64,000 nucleotides of DNA from Amoebophrya sp. A120 (GCA_905178155.1 CAJINV010000001.1:5770750-5834749); one strand, 5' to 3'; shown: positions 28,751-41,270, counted from the stretch's first letter. Translations and numbers: made by a program. Notes: generated from the letters alone by a model not told the origin.

Positions 28751-30723
28751 ATGACGGTAGACGTAGACGCAGAGGCGGAGCACGGCTGCTGGGACGCGGC
28801 GCGCGTGACGGAGGCGGCGCGCGAGGCGGAAGAGACCGGCGCGACCAGAACCGTTTTCGGCTACGGCTCGTTGGTGTGGAAGGTCGATTTCCTATCAGAT
28901 GCAAAAATGTCTGGGTCTGGAGCAAAGCAACTTGTCATGCTAAATCTGAATGATGTAAAAATCTGTGTTGCATGCTTACCAAAAGCTGTCCACTTTTGAC
29001 CTAATCGAGAGGCAGTTTCTCATGCAGGATAGGGATGATGGAACTCTCACAGAATCTGTCATGCTATGTCCTACATGCCAGACCTCGTGGGTCATGGAAA
29101 ACCTGCATTCTAAGTGCATTGGTTGAGGACTGCCCCCTTCATCCTAAGTGCCATCAGCCATGGTATCTGGAAAACCTGCATGACAAGGCTGGCACTCTTC
29201 CAGACCCAGACATTTTTGCATTTAATATTTCCCCTTCGTGCGCAAGTTCCCGTGCTTCGTCACCGGGTTTCAGCGCCGTTTCTGGATGAAAAGTGTGGAC
29301 CACCGGGGGACGCCGGCCTTCCCGGGTCGCGTGTGTACGCTGGTGAAAACGGGGTCGGCGGAGGATCGGGTCGCGGGCATGGCCTACGAAATTTCGGCGA
29401 CCGATTTCCCGAGCGTGGTCAAAAACCTCGACTTTCGGGAGCGGCACGGCTACACACGGGACATCACGACGACCGAAGGGGGGACGGTAGAGCGACGAAG
29501 TACTATTGTCGGGGAGGAACAAAATGGTACGTCGCAGGAAAATAGATGTGAGGGAATGAACCTCCCGGAAGAAGCTGCTCCTGGTGCAACATCTGTATTT
29601 GTGTACTACTTTAGCCAAGAGATGAATAGCGGGGTGACACAATCTCGTGAGAGCTCGGACGCCCTTTCCTCACCCGATCTCCCTGCCTCATCCGCGCTCG
29701 TGCGCGACGAGGCGGTCGAGAACACCGCGTCGATCATCGCTCTTGCAGTTGGGCTATCCTGTGCAAAAGTATCGTACTCGTATAACTGCATTACAAAATC
29801 CCTCAGCATGAGAAATAGAATTTGTCGTGCGGATTTCCCTTAGGACAAAAATTTGCAATGCATGACTGCAATTACTACGAGTGCGGTACTTTTGCACAGG
29901 ATAGGGGCCATCGGGCCCGAACATCGACTACCTCAGACAACTGCGGACCGCCGTGAGGGTCCAACTGGAAACGGAAGACCCTTACCTAGAAGAGCTGCTC
30001 GCAAAAGCCGAGCAGTTTACGAGGGATAATTTTGAAGGGATCCATTCAGCCGGTGTTCCGGTAGCAAGTTGTTCGCCGAACGAAAGACACGAAATTGTAG
30101 GGACTGCAAACAATGCTGCTGAAGACGTCCCGGTGGCATCAAGTAACGAGAAACCTGTGGAGCAGGACTCCCGTCGTGGTACGGCTGCAACCGAGCAGGG
30201 GCAGCGAGCCTTGCAGGCCACGGTGGACAAGCTTTTTCAAAAGTGCCCATGGAGTCAGAGTATCCAGCCGCGCCAAATGCTAAAATTCTTGGAAAGCGAA
30301 TGCGCCGAGGTGCGGACGGAGTTGGATCGGGTAGAAAAGTGCGACGAGCAGGTGGTGATGGAGAAGATCGAAACAGGAGCCGTCCTTGACAGCAGGGTGG
30401 AAACGAAAAGTCAGAAGAAGGAGATACTTTGCTGCACCGAACTGGAGCAGGGTTCGATGCTCTCTGCGCTAGAGGAGGAACTTGGCGACGTGTTTTTCGA
30501 TGCCATGATGCTCGCAAAGGCCATTGAGCGCAAGTTTCCCGGTGTCAGTGCCGATCGCGCGAAGGCGCGGGCGGCCGAAAAGATTAGAGGGCGTTGCACT
30601 TATCTCTGGGGCACCGACGTAGCGAAGACGCCGGCGGAGTGCGAAGCAATCTACAAAAGAAGAAAACAGGAGCAGAAGGAAAAGGCTACTAAGCAAGAAG
30701 CTTTTCTTCTCGCGGAGGTATAG
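28751..30723 (+). CDS. Fusion of ChaC-type glutathione-specific gamma-glutamylcyclotransferase and MazG-like NTP pyrophosphohydrolase; 3 exons
   Basis: ChaC: VFGYGSLVWK, RRFWMKSVDHRGTPAFPGRVCTL, LDFRERHGY, AVGPSGPNIDYL. MazG: KCPWSQ, LESECAEV, LEEELGDVFF, EKIRGRCTYLWG. The frame is continuous after removing two introners. Confidence 0.88.
28893..29227 (+). mobile_element. Introner family A, 335 bp
   Basis: TIR TATCAGATGCAAAAATGTCTGGGTCTGGA / TCCAGACCCAGACATTTTTGCATTTAATA; TSD TTTCC/TTTCC; removal gives WKVDFPFVRK. Confidence 0.95.
29755..29903 (+). mobile_element. Introner family B, 149 bp
   Basis: TIR TATCCTGTGCAAAAGTATCGTACTCGTA / TACGAGTGCGGTACTTTTGCACAGGATA; TSD TGGGC/GGGGC; removal restores the ChaC motif GPSGPN. 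Confidence 0.95.
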
Positions 30724-31545
30724 GTTTTCATCTGCACGCAAAGTTTGTTTTGATGGCTCCGTCGCTATTTCACGCAATGCACAAGAAGAAGAAAATGAAA
30801 AGAACCAGGCGCAAGTCATGTATCAAGTGTTCGACAGCATGCGAGCACGATAGTAGTCTCCGCATCTTAGCTTTTCCGTTCGGAATTAGTGACACGTTTT
30901 TTGTCTTCGTTCTCGTGACGGGATTTATTTCGGTCTTTCGTTCGACGTTTTCTCTTCGCTCACATCGTCTTTTATCGTTTTTGTCGCTGACTGCGCGACG
31001 TCTAATGTCGGTCTCACTGTCTCTTCTTGCTTTGTCATCGCGTGTGACCAAGCTTCGGTTTTTCGTTCACTCTTCGTCACCACGTTTCGTTCTTCGTCGT
31101 TGGTCTCGTTCTGTACAGAATATAATGCCTTGATGGAGCAAAGCAGTATCTTGGAATTTGTTTTGATGTTTTCCGACAGTTGCCCGCAAGGCTCATCAAT
31201 ACAATTCTAAATTTCATGCAACTAAGCACCATACCCCTTCGATTGTTGCATCCCCGCAACAAGTAAAATTAGATATTTGACGTGTTATAATCATTCTTAC
31301 GGTAAGAGCTCACGTACTCTGATAAAGATTTCACAAGTGCACAACGAAAGTCGACACACGTAGCTTGATTTTGGTATAGTTCCTTGGTGCGACCAGGGAA
31401 CGAAACGGGCAAAATTTTGCGGCAACGCAAGCAACGGAGTACCAACATCAGGGCACGGAGACCGCACGCGCTCACCAGCCCTCTCCCTTCGCAGCTTTCG
31501 GTGATCCAGGTCCGGCTGAACGCACCAGGAAGCAGAAGAAGAAAC

Positions 31546-32711
31546 ATGGACGGCACAGCACCGAGGTCACCGCCGCGGTCCGCAAGGCCGGTGGTCGTGG
31601 CAAATAAGCCCCCGCGCGAGTTTCGAAAAGTCTTTTCCGACGCGGTGTTCCGGTGGGGTAGTTTGTTCTTTTCGCTGAACTCGATTTTGGAGGGCATGGC
31701 CCTGCTTTTCGTGCTGTACTCGCAGAAGCAGCGGGATCGGCCGAATTCGGTGCTGTTCAGCACGCGCCAGAACAGGATAAGCCCGCTGCTCGCGTGGGCG
31801 CTGGCGATCATCTGCTCCGTCCGGGCGGCCTGCCTGGCCTACGTGTTCTACCAGGGTTTGTGGCGGCGACACCAGCGGCCCCTGTTCGTGGTCAGCTTGA
31901 GCGGTTTCATCTTCTTGCTGGCCTTTCACCTGTTCGAGGTCCCGAAGAAAATCGACCGCGCCACGGGCAGACGCTTCACGGACTGGGAAAGTTACAGGCA
32001 CGACCTCTTTCTCTACGTCGACGTAGTCGGCTTCGTCTTCACCCTGGCCGCCAGCATCGTCGTCACGGCGCGCATTCGACAGGTCGATAACGCCAAGGAG
32101 GTACTTACTTATGATGGATTTGTGCAGCTGGTGTGGCTTTTGCGATCATACAGTAGCACCAGAGAGAAATGATAAGTCAAGGCTGTTTATGTTCTGCTAG
32201 GAAGGTGTGTTGGATGTTGTCTTCAATTTATTGGTTACGATCACGCAGCACAACATGGAATATCACGATGTTGCCCAAAAAAATACAGCTTCGCGCCCTG
32301 AGAAAAGCTAAGACCGCGGCGGGCCCGGCACAGACGGGTGCATACGCTACTATGGACAGAAGTTCCCCCGTCGAGCGCATTGAGCGGCTCTCGCCTGACG
32401 CTCCTCGCCTGACGGCTCTCGCCTGGCGCATGCAGCCGCAACTCGCCGCGCAACCGTTCTTAACGGGCGACAGTAGGGACACGCTAGCGATAGCCCTTTC
32501 CAGTGAGGGGGCGGAGAGCGACACCGCCGGTGGTGCAAACGCAAACTTGCAGGCGTCTGAGGCAGTCCCTAGAAGTTCCCAAGGCACTCTTCGAGTTGGA
32601 ACTCTGCAGGGCTTTCAGAGAACCGTCACGTTGAAAAAAATGCGGAGCCGAGGACCGCCTCAAGAAGTCAGATCACCTGAAGAAGTCAGACCTCCACCTC
32701 AAGAAGTGTAG
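31546..32711 (+). CDS. Hypothetical four-TM membrane protein; 2 exons
   Basis: Four hydrophobic helices; GT-AG intron 32101-32288 joins the frames; tail PPQEVRSPEEVRPPPQEV. Confidence 0.65.
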
Positions 32712-33659
32712 AACTAGCTCCATACATACGTTATCGTTACTTTTTTGTGCATTTCTAGAATTAGGTACAAGTAGGCTCATGCAATATCCAAAACCATAGA
32801 GGTATATCGGTTGTTATTCCACTTGAATAATTAGTCCCGAAGTTTTAGGCAACATACCCTGTTGCGATACCATAGATAGAAGAAAACACCCCTCTTCAAC
32901 ACCGGGATGGAAAAAGTTGCACACTTTGCAGCATTCTCTATCGCCGGTGCTAGATAAAATACGCGGTTGTAGAGATCTTGTCTCACCGCGACACTAAACT
33001 ACTTGCTAGCACAAATTTCATACCATCGTTTTCTGCTTCTAGAAATTTCAGCTCCTCCCTCGACGCACATATTCAGAGAAAAGCAGTTAACCTATACCAG
33101 GACGATGCGAAGACCTGCCTATTTACCCATAGGCTCAGGTTGAAGCAAAAAAGAGAAGGTAGTCTAGTCCCACAAATTACAAAGAAATATTTTACATATT
33201 TTATCAATTTTACGCTCTTTTTCTTTCGCGAAATCATTTGACTTTTTACGACGAATAAAGTCCGAAGGCGAGGTGAACAATCACAATCCAAAAACAAACC
33301 GCAAATCACACAGCTGGAGAAGTAAAAAGGCACTCGCATTCAACGGCACACCCCTGCATCACCATCAGACGTCTGTTCGTGGGTTGTCGTCCCTTGACAT
33401 TATTCTGACAGATCATCCGTGGTCGAGAGTTGCGCGTAACAACTTAATACAACAAGAGAGATCTTCACGATGAAATGAACAAGGCGATGAGTGAAGAGAA
33501 GTATCTTTTACAAGCAGCAGGTAAAAAACTTGACTAGGCAGCAAAAAAATGGTGCGCGAAGGTCGGGACTTGGCTGAGCCATAGACCCTGCTCTGGGGGA
33601 GAGAAGCCTGTGCTCCCGCGTCTGCCAGCACAACAAGCTCGGTCGGATTTGAAGGTGCC

Positions 33660-35103
33660 ATGCGCGATGGGGATGGGCAGGAGCGCGGCTGTTGCCCAGG
33701 ATGCATCAAGAAGTACGCCTTCCGTCCCGGACTGGACTGGCGGGACTTATCGAAGTCCTGCATGGAGTTCCGTCCGGTGGCGGCCTCCGCAGCAGGCAGC
33801 TCGGGCAAGGGCAGCAGCAGCAGTGGCACCTCTACGCGCGGCCCTCGTCCCGCAAGCAGTTCTTGCGGTTCGGCCGGCGGATCTTCTTCGGATACAAATG
33901 GTACAACCACAAAAGAGAAAGAAGATGACACTGTAGTTCTTTGCACTACTACAACAGCGGCTGAAGAAGTTGATAACAGCAACCTGTGTTCCCACTGCGG
34001 GTGCGACGCCTCCGAGCACGAGTTTGTCGTTTTGTCCGAGCGGGAAAGCGTGCTCTTCTCGCAGCTCCGGCCTGTGTTCCGGCAGCGCGAGTTTTCGGTG
34101 ACCTCGGGCGTGCATATGACAGTGCACAACTCCCCCTCCCCCTCATGTGTCATGCAAAATACCAAATCCATCCTTTGCCCTGTGGCACTGCTTGCATGAC
34201 AGATTCCCGAAGCCGAAACAGCACTACAATCAGTCGTAAATTTCTCATGCAAAAGCTGCATCTGTGCCAGGACTCGTGTTGCTACGGATGCCATCCAAAG
34301 CAGGGGGAGGGGGAGTTGTGCAGTTTCATAGTGCAGCTCGCCGTGTCCGCGAGCCACAAACTTGCACGGGAGTTGGGCGAACCGGATATGCACTGCAAAA
34401 GTATCGTACTAGTAGGAATTGCATGACAAATTTGTTCAAGAAGAAAGCTGGATTTTGTAATGCTGATTCAGGTAAGAAACAAGATTTGTCATGCGCTGTA
34501 CCTGCAATCTATACGAGTGCGATACTTTTGCACTGCATACCGGAGCGGCACCAGCAATTTACCTACGGGGAAATTTTGGAAAACACCTTCCTCCCGCTGA
34601 TCAACCGGCTCTGGACGGAGTTTCGGCCCGTGAACAACCGGCGGTCCTTCGGCGGCACCTTTTACGACCTGGGCTGCGGGCTCGGGAAGGCCGCTTTATT
34701 GGCCGCCTGCAGCGACTGGGGCTTCGAAAGCGCGGTCGGGGTGGAGCTGCTGCCCGACCTGCTCGACAAGGCCGAAAACCTGAAGACTGCCGTGCTGCGA
34801 GACCAGGCGTGTGCGGCCGTGAGACCGCGGCTGGAGACGGTGAGTTTCGAGAAGGCGGACCTGAACGAGTACGTGGTGCCCGCGGACGCGCGGGTCGTGT
34901 TTGTCGCGGCGACCATGTTCAAGTCCGATCTTCTGCTGAATATTAGGAAAAATCTTCGGCAGGTGGACCCGGTAAACACGTTGATCATCACGCTGCAGCA
35001 CGTTCTGAAGGACGTCGTCGTGCGCGAGGAGGTGAAAATTGCGTGCACGTGGGGCATGACCAAGGCCGTCGTGTGCCAGCTGGCGGACAACGAGGACAAG
35101 TAG
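33660..35103 (+). CDS. DOT1-like class I SAM-dependent methyltransferase with N-terminal Cys/His-rich region; 3 exons
   Basis: FTYGEI, FYDLGCGLGKAALLAA, AVGVEL, FEKADL, VVFVAATMF; N-terminal CPGC...C...CSHCGCDASEH; two introners. Confidence 0.8.
34115..34330 (+). mobile_element. Introner family C1 (C-tract/G-tract TIR), 216 bp
   Basis: TIR TATGACAGTGCACAACTCCCCCTCCCCCT / AGGGGGAGGGGGAGTTGTGCAGTTTCATA; TSD GTGCA/GTGCA. Confidence 0.95.
34387..34539 (+). mobile_element. Introner family B, 153 bp
   Basis: TIR TATGCACTGCAAAAGTATCGTACT / AGTGCGATACTTTTGCACTGCATA; TSD CCGGA/CCGGA; removal gives GEPERHQQFTYGE. Confidence 0.95.
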
Positions 35104-35943
35104 TCCAGGTCTAGTGTCCTGCGAGGGTGTCGGCGTGCGCAAATTTTCGAGGAGCTCTAGTAGCTACATTGTCGTGGTCATGATTTGCAGAGACGAGGGT
35201 CGATTTTTTCAATCGCCGATTGCAGTTTTTTCCCGGCGCCGACCAAGCAAGAACAGGCGGATTCCGGTCGCGGGAAGAAGGGCGGCACGAGCACTCTTGG
35301 CTTTGCTCCACTTTTGAGGCATTTTCGAGCGTGCGTGAATTTCCGGTGGTCGGACACACTTTTCCAAGAATCTGATTTTTCGCCCGGAGTTTTTTGCACC
35401 ACGGTGGCTGGAGACTAGCCGCTTTGTTTGTGCGACGAAGGAGGAGGATGGGGCCGAGTCTAACGTTTCCAAAATCTGGAGCCGCGTTTCAACAGTTTCT
35501 TATTGTAAAATGAGTTTTGACCAATTATCTAAGATTGTCGTAGGGCCAGACGCTTTCTGCGACGTCGACGAAAAAACCTCTGCTGAGGTGCTGTCGCAAC
35601 TTGGGGGTGTTTCATGGACGCTTTGGCGCTTCTTTTTGGTCGAGTGGCAGGGTTGTAGTGAAGCCCTGACTGGAGTTTCGAGGCGAGCCATTTTTAGTAC
35701 GGCTCAAACAAACTTGCTGAGGACCTGGAGTGCTTACAAACTACTACTGGAGGACAAGGAACAAGCATGTACAGCAGAGAGTTCGTGGTAAGCAGTTAGA
35801 GTGGATTCAAGTAACTGCTTGCGATGCTTTGTTAGGTGGGTTTGTTCTTTTCTGGGTACGTACTCACGTGCTCGTACACACAATTAGTTCCACGAGGAAA
35901 CCACAAAAACTGTGGATCGTCGAACAGCTATTGTATGAAAGTA

Positions 35944-37180
35944 ATGTCCCGCGCCCTGCAGCGATGTTGCTGTCCGAAGCGGCAGCGCGAGGTGCCCAGT
36001 AACGGTCTCGAACGAGTGGATATCTCGGACAGTGCGGTAGAACTGGACCAGCTGTCATTTTATTCTGTCGCGTCGGAGTGGGACCCTACCACCTGGAATC
36101 CCGATCGCTCGAATCCGGTTGTCCTTGCCGACCAACCAGACGCGGGTGACGAGGAAGTGAGTGAAGTGTCAGAAGGACGCGAAAATTATACGGACGACCG
36201 TGGCCCTGCGCGGAAGAAACCGGTGACGCCCCGCGCAAAGGTTTTGCAGAAGAAGGCTTCGGGTTCGCCGCGCAAGAAAAAATCACCCGAGCAGCAAGTG
36301 GGACAGCAATTAGGCAAGAGAAAAAAAGAGGAAAATAATGAAGCGGTAAAAATACCCCCTCCCCCAGTAATCCCGGCCCCCGCGCGTCCCGTCCCGGTCG
36401 ATCCTTTCGAGCGGTGGCTGCCCATGCGCGTGGAGAGCGTGGTCAGTGCCAGGTACGCAAACCCCGAACAGAAATCGCCGCTGCTTGCCCCGCTGCAGGA
36501 GGCCGTGTTCATGCGAGAGCCACCGGCCGAAGTAGCGCGGACGCTGAAGCAGACGTCGGAGACGTCCCCGGTGGTGTTTCTGATCTCGCGGTCGAAGAAT
36601 CTGAACACCGTGGTGTACCGGGTCAAGGAGAACGTCCAGTGGGGAATCGACCCGCAGCCTTTGGAAGCGCATTGGGAGGACTTTGCCTTCAAATTGAAAA
36701 AGGACGGCAAGTATTCTGCGGACTTGAACTTGCTGGACCGCACCGCCTACGGGATTAAAAAGCAGAAGTACCGAAAAGAGACCGACTCTTACGTGATCAA
36801 CTTGACCGCCCTCCCGCAGGCGGACGTGGAGCTGGTCCGCCCGGGGGCCCGGTTCTCGCGGCCCGTGTGCTACGTGTCGATCAATGGGAAGCGGTCCGTC
36901 GTGTTTCACATTTACGCCCAGGCGGTCGAGGGCGCCTGGCTGCCAGTTCCGGTGTACGTGAACGCGCACGGCTGGGACCCGCACACTATGAACTGCAAAA
37001 GTATCGTATTTGTATAAATGCATCACAAATTTCCTCAGCATGAGAAATAAAATTTGTCATGCGGATTTGCCTTGAGACAAAGATTTGCAATGCAAGCCTT
37101 GCATTTATACGAATGCGATACTTTTGCACATGATACACACCGGCGAAGAACAGATCGAAGAAGTGTTGAAGAAGAAGTAG
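35944..37180 (+). CDS. Protein with C-terminal DUF4833-like domain; 2 exons
   Basis: FLISRSKNLNTVVY, PLEAHW, LNLLDRTAYG, YVNAHGWDPHTGEEQIE (after introner removal), recalled as the DUF4833 pattern; stop TAG at 37178-37180. Confidence 0.7.
36987..37135 (+). mobile_element. Introner family B, 149 bp
   Basis: TIR TATGAACTGCAAAAGTATCGTATT / AATGCGATACTTTTGCACATGATA; TSD CACAC/CACAC; interior closely similar to 29755-29903. Confidence 0.95.
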
Positions 37181-37684
37181 AGGAGCTTATTCAAGCAGAA
37201 TGTGATTGATACTGGTGCGGTCTGCAGATGACACAGAAACCTATCGTTTTCGTTTCCGTTTCGCACGTTTATTCTTGGCACAGAGTTCTTTGGTGGCTCG
37301 ACGTGCTGCTCATCCGATCCGGACGTCCTGCTGTGGCACAGTGAACAAACGACGAAACCTGGAAGATGAGGACCTTAGGAGGACGTTGTTCTGCTCTTTG
37401 TCCGCTCGGTGGTCGGTCGTATAATCGTGATTCTCTGCTTTTCATCCAGCTGAGTTTCGAGCGACGGCGAGCAGGGACCACAGAGGTGCGACTCCGTTCT
37501 CGGTATCGACGGAGATGATGACAACACGTAGTTAAGCAAGATTCTCTCCTGTAAACTGGCTGTCAGGTGGCTGTCGGTCCCGATTCCACCAAGTATAGAA
37601 CACAGAAGTCCTCGCTGGCTTCAAGCAACGGCATCTGTCATTCGTTCATTGAGGTCGCAGACAGAAGACATCCAACACGAAAAA

Positions 37685-38197
37685 ATGTACGACGAAGAAG
37701 TGCGGTTTGCCCTGCGCCTCTTCGTGGACGGTCTCGCGCCGGAGCGAAAGAAAAATGGCATTTCGCTGAAGGTTCTGACTCTGTTCCTCAAGTCGATTGG
37801 TGTCCACGGAGCTTCGAAGGCTCCGGCGGCGCTCGGCAAATCTTCGGAACGGCAGCTGTTTTACGCGCTGGGTGGGCGGCAGGGCCCTTTCACAGAGGAC
37901 GAGGTGTGCGAGCTGGTAGCGAAGTTGAGCAACTCGGAGCTGGAGCGCGTGCGCGTAGAGAAGGCGTTGCGACAGCTGCGGTCGAAAGAAGATTTTCTGC
38001 GCGCCGCTGGGAGCTTCGGCCTCGTGGACTGTTTGCGCTTATCGTCCGCGGAGTTGAAGTTCCTCGACTTTCTGGTGGCGGACGAGGAGGGCGCGCCAAA
38101 TGTTTTCGCGTACGACTTCAAAAGTTCGTTTGGGAAGAAAAAGGAAAAAGCGGTAGATTTTGAGCCTATGAAGAAGTACCTCGGGTACGCTGGGTAA
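37685..38197 (+). CDS. Hypothetical protein (5' exons uncertain)
   Basis: Protein-like GC3-rich ORF; possible upstream exons at 37400-37650 not resolved. Confidence 0.5.
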   Translation: MYDEEVRFALRLFVDGLAPERKKNGISLKVLTLFLKSIGVHGASKAPAALGKSSERQLFYALGGRQGPFTEDEVCELVAKLSNSELERVRVEKALRQLRSKEDFLRAAGSFGLVDCLRLSSAELKFLDFLVADEEGAPNVFAYDFKSSFGKKKEKAVDFEPMKKYLGYAG

Positions 38198-38681
38198 AGT
38201 AGAAAGTGGCTTTGCTGCGAACGTAACACCACGACGAGCTGCGATGCTACGAAGAATGTGAAGGTGGCACTTTAGTTGCGTCACGATGTTTGCAAGTGTT
38301 GTGTTTCAGTGAGAAGTAGATTGCATGGTCGAAGAGAGAGAAAAGAGGACGTACAAGCAAGCACGAGAGTCTGCTCTGCATCCGGCCTTGTGAGTGCGAA
38401 AAGTGAATGTCAGGATGAGTGCGGTCCTGTGACATGGAATGCCACGGCACTCGTTCGGAACCCAGGGTATGCCTCCTTGTCGCAGAATGCATGTGCCGCG
38501 AGACATTTTTGGTTGTTTGATCTCGGATATTCGGACCACGAGCAGGACCGCTTTTGAAGAAATCCTTCGCTCCCACACCCTGTGATACGTTCTTGCGAGG
38601 GATAAGTTGATACTCACTAGAAATAGATCGGTCCGGTAGGGTATTGTAGATTCCCGGCGTTTTACTTTAGTGTGGAATAAT

Positions 38682-40700
38682 ATGTCCTCTGCGTCCGAAA
38701 AGGCGCTCGCTACCGGTTCTGAGAGTGAACCGAAGGACGGGGCGCTTACGCCGGAGAAAGCAGACAACGTCGCAGGCCTTCGGTCGGAGCAACTTCTCGC
38801 GAAACCTGGCAAGGACGGATTGTCGACGTCGAAAGGGACGAGTAATGCGAGTTCCAAAGGTGGGCGACTTGGACTCCCAGTTCCAGAGAAGATAAAGAAG
38901 GTGGATTCCTGCCCGCTGAACCAGCACGGGTGGACCCACACGTGCGAGCCGGACCTCCGGGGGAAGTACCAGGACAATGTTGTTTGCCAGTCGCCCTTTT
39001 CCCAGGCCATTGGCACCTTTACCGGCGCGGACGTCCGGGCAGGGATTTCCGCGCTGCGCGCACAGGACGGCAGTGTGGGAGAGTTCGAGGGCAAGTTGCT
39101 CGGAAGGTTGGGCTTCCTGCTAGAAGAGGACGAGGACGCGGAGGAAACAACTTCTGATGCCTTGAACCAAGTAGAGACTACTTCAGGCGAGAATAAGAAC
39201 ACCGCAGAAGTTGCGAAAAGAATCCGGACGACCGTGAACGTAAGTCAAATCGGCGACGAGAAGCTTTACCAGTGGCCCAGCGCGGAGGGGCACTGTGCGC
39301 CGGGGAAGTGGGGCTGTCCGGTATCCTTTTCGGACAAAAGCGTCGTCCAGGAAAAGCTCGAGAACGTGGACGAGGACGCCGTGGTGGTCCTGCAAGCAAA
39401 TCTTCACCGGGTGGTTTCCTACGACGCGCACGACGCCATGCTCTTTCTCAGTTGCCGGTCCGTCCGGCATCTGGCGCTCGTGCGCCCGTTACTGGAGGTC
39501 AAGGCGAACGCGGCCTACCAAGACAGATTCGGGCACACCTGTTTACACCAAGCGGTGACACGTTGCAGTGCGGAAGGGGATGCGGAGACGATTTGCTTTT
39601 TACCCTCGTTCCAAGCGATGCAGGCGAGGCACCTGCAGGACATTGGCTGCCGAAACGTGGGAAACGTCGATCCGGTGCTAAACGACGATGCTGCAACTAC
39701 GTCGGAAAAAAACGAAAAAACAGAGAGCCGAGCGTCGCTGACGGACTTTGACACAGACGTCCATGCGGAGCAGCCGGGAGAGGAAATTGAAAAAGCAGTG
39801 GCGGAGGCTGCCGGGGACACGGGAGAAGCTAATGTCCTCAAACCTGCGGGAGATAATAACATGGCTGAACAGCAGCGTGCGGTTTTGAGCGAAGATGCAG
39901 GGGGAGAACCGAAAGAAGGCAGTCACACGCAGGCGGAGGGCGGCGACGCCAGTGACGAGACTGCCGGGAGCGCAGGAGAGGTTGTTCTCGCTGCAGACGG
40001 GACAGACACTCCACCGCCCGCTGCTACAGGTAACGCAGGGCAGGACCAGGTTACGATCAGTAAAGCCTCCTCATCCGCTCCTGCGAGTGAGGCGGCGTCC
40101 AAGAAGAATGCCGATCAGGCAACTGCTACTAGACAGGGAGACGCGTCGCAGCCCACCACATTTCTTGATGTGGTACAGCTTTTGTTACAGAACAAAGCCA
40201 GCGCAAACCATCCAGTTTTCCCTCCGCTTCTGGATTGCAAGAGCGTCCGGTGTTTGAGGCTACTGCTGGATGCCAAAGCCTCACTACTGGTCCAGCGCAG
40301 CAGCGAAGAAATTATGCAGGAGGACAGTGCCCTCCACTGCTACGCTATGCGGAACGACCGGGCCATGGTGTGGGTCCTTTTGAAAGAAGCAGAAAAACGG
40401 GGGCAGCTGAAGCAGCTCGCAGCACTCAAGGATCTGTTTGGCCAGTCGGCCGCGAGTGCCGTGCAAGACGAGTACGTCGGGCAAATGGTGGTCCAGGCAG
40501 GCTGTGAAATCATCGAAGACTGGGTTTCCCCACTGAATAAGGATGGCGACCACGGCCATCCGTGTGAGAGGATTCGCATAGCCGCGCGAATCAAGTTTCG
40601 CTATGTCACCCGCCGTGAGGCCGACTACCAGATGCGACTTTGGCGGAAGGAAAACCCAGACTGGCGCAGGTGGAGCATCAGGCAGGCAAAAGGAAGTTAA
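38682..40700 (+). CDS. Ankyrin-repeat protein with large acidic low-complexity insertion
   Basis: LLEVKANAAYQDRFGHTCLHQAV, DVVQLLLQNKASAN, DSALHCYAMRNDRAMVWVLL. Confidence 0.78.
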   Translation: MSSASEKALATGSESEPKDGALTPEKADNVAGLRSEQLLAKPGKDGLSTSKGTSNASSKGGRLGLPVPEKIKKVDSCPLNQHGWTHTCEPDLRGKYQDNVVCQSPFSQAIGTFTGADVRAGISALRAQDGSVGEFEGKLLGRLGFLLEEDEDAEETTSDALNQVETTSGENKNTAEVAKRIRTTVNVSQIGDEKLYQWPSAEGHCAPGKWGCPVSFSDKSVVQEKLENVDEDAVVVLQANLHRVVSYDAHDAMLFLSCRSVRHLALVRPLLEVKANAAYQDRFGHTCLHQAVTRCSAEGDAETICFLPSFQAMQARHLQDIGCRNVGNVDPVLNDDAATTSEKNEKTESRASLTDFDTDVHAEQPGEEIEKAVAEAAGDTGEANVLKPAGDNNMAEQQRAVLSEDAGGEPKEGSHTQAEGGDASDETAGSAGEVVLAADGTDTPPPAATGNAGQDQVTISKASSSAPASEAASKKNADQATATRQGDASQPTTFLDVVQLLLQNKASANHPVFPPLLDCKSVRCLRLLLDAKASLLVQRSSEEIMQEDSALHCYAMRNDRAMVWVLLKEAEKRGQLKQLAALKDLFGQSAASAVQDEYVGQMVVQAGCEIIEDWVSPLNKDGDHGHPCERIRIAARIKFRYVTRREADYQMRLWRKENPDWRRWSIRQAKGS

Positions 40701-41270
40701 TCCGGAGCTTGCTCCAGTCTCGATGCTTCGATATCGCCGGACAAAATTGGAATCCACGACTCTGGGTGCGTTTCCGGAACAAAATGTACTTTTCAGTCAT
40801 AGAATTGTAGCGACGGCATGTTGGTTGTTGCATTGTAAGATGATGTTGTACAACACGCGCATTGTTTCACTACATCGAATCTCTTGTCTTCGGAATGTAA
40901 AATTTTTCGGTCTACAGAAGAGCTCGATGAAGAAACGGAAATACAGAAGCGTGGTCGCCCTCACCGACATGTAGTTCAACAAACCTAGTGTTCGTCTCTC
41001 GATCCCACACCATTCTTTGTGGGTGGCTCCTCGGTTATTCTGTTCTCCGGAAGTTGTTCAGGTGATCACCAAAACAAAACATGATCCATTTTTGGAAGAT
41101 GGCCTTCAACACGAGTTGCTTTTCGAAGAAAAGATCACGACCGTACTTGGAAACGAGACTCATACCTACCTAAAGAAGGAATTCGTAGGCCTTCCGAACT
41201 CTAACTATCTGCTTCCAAAGCACAGCAGTTTCGACATCACTCGCACATCGCAGCGTACTGCGCAACGGCG

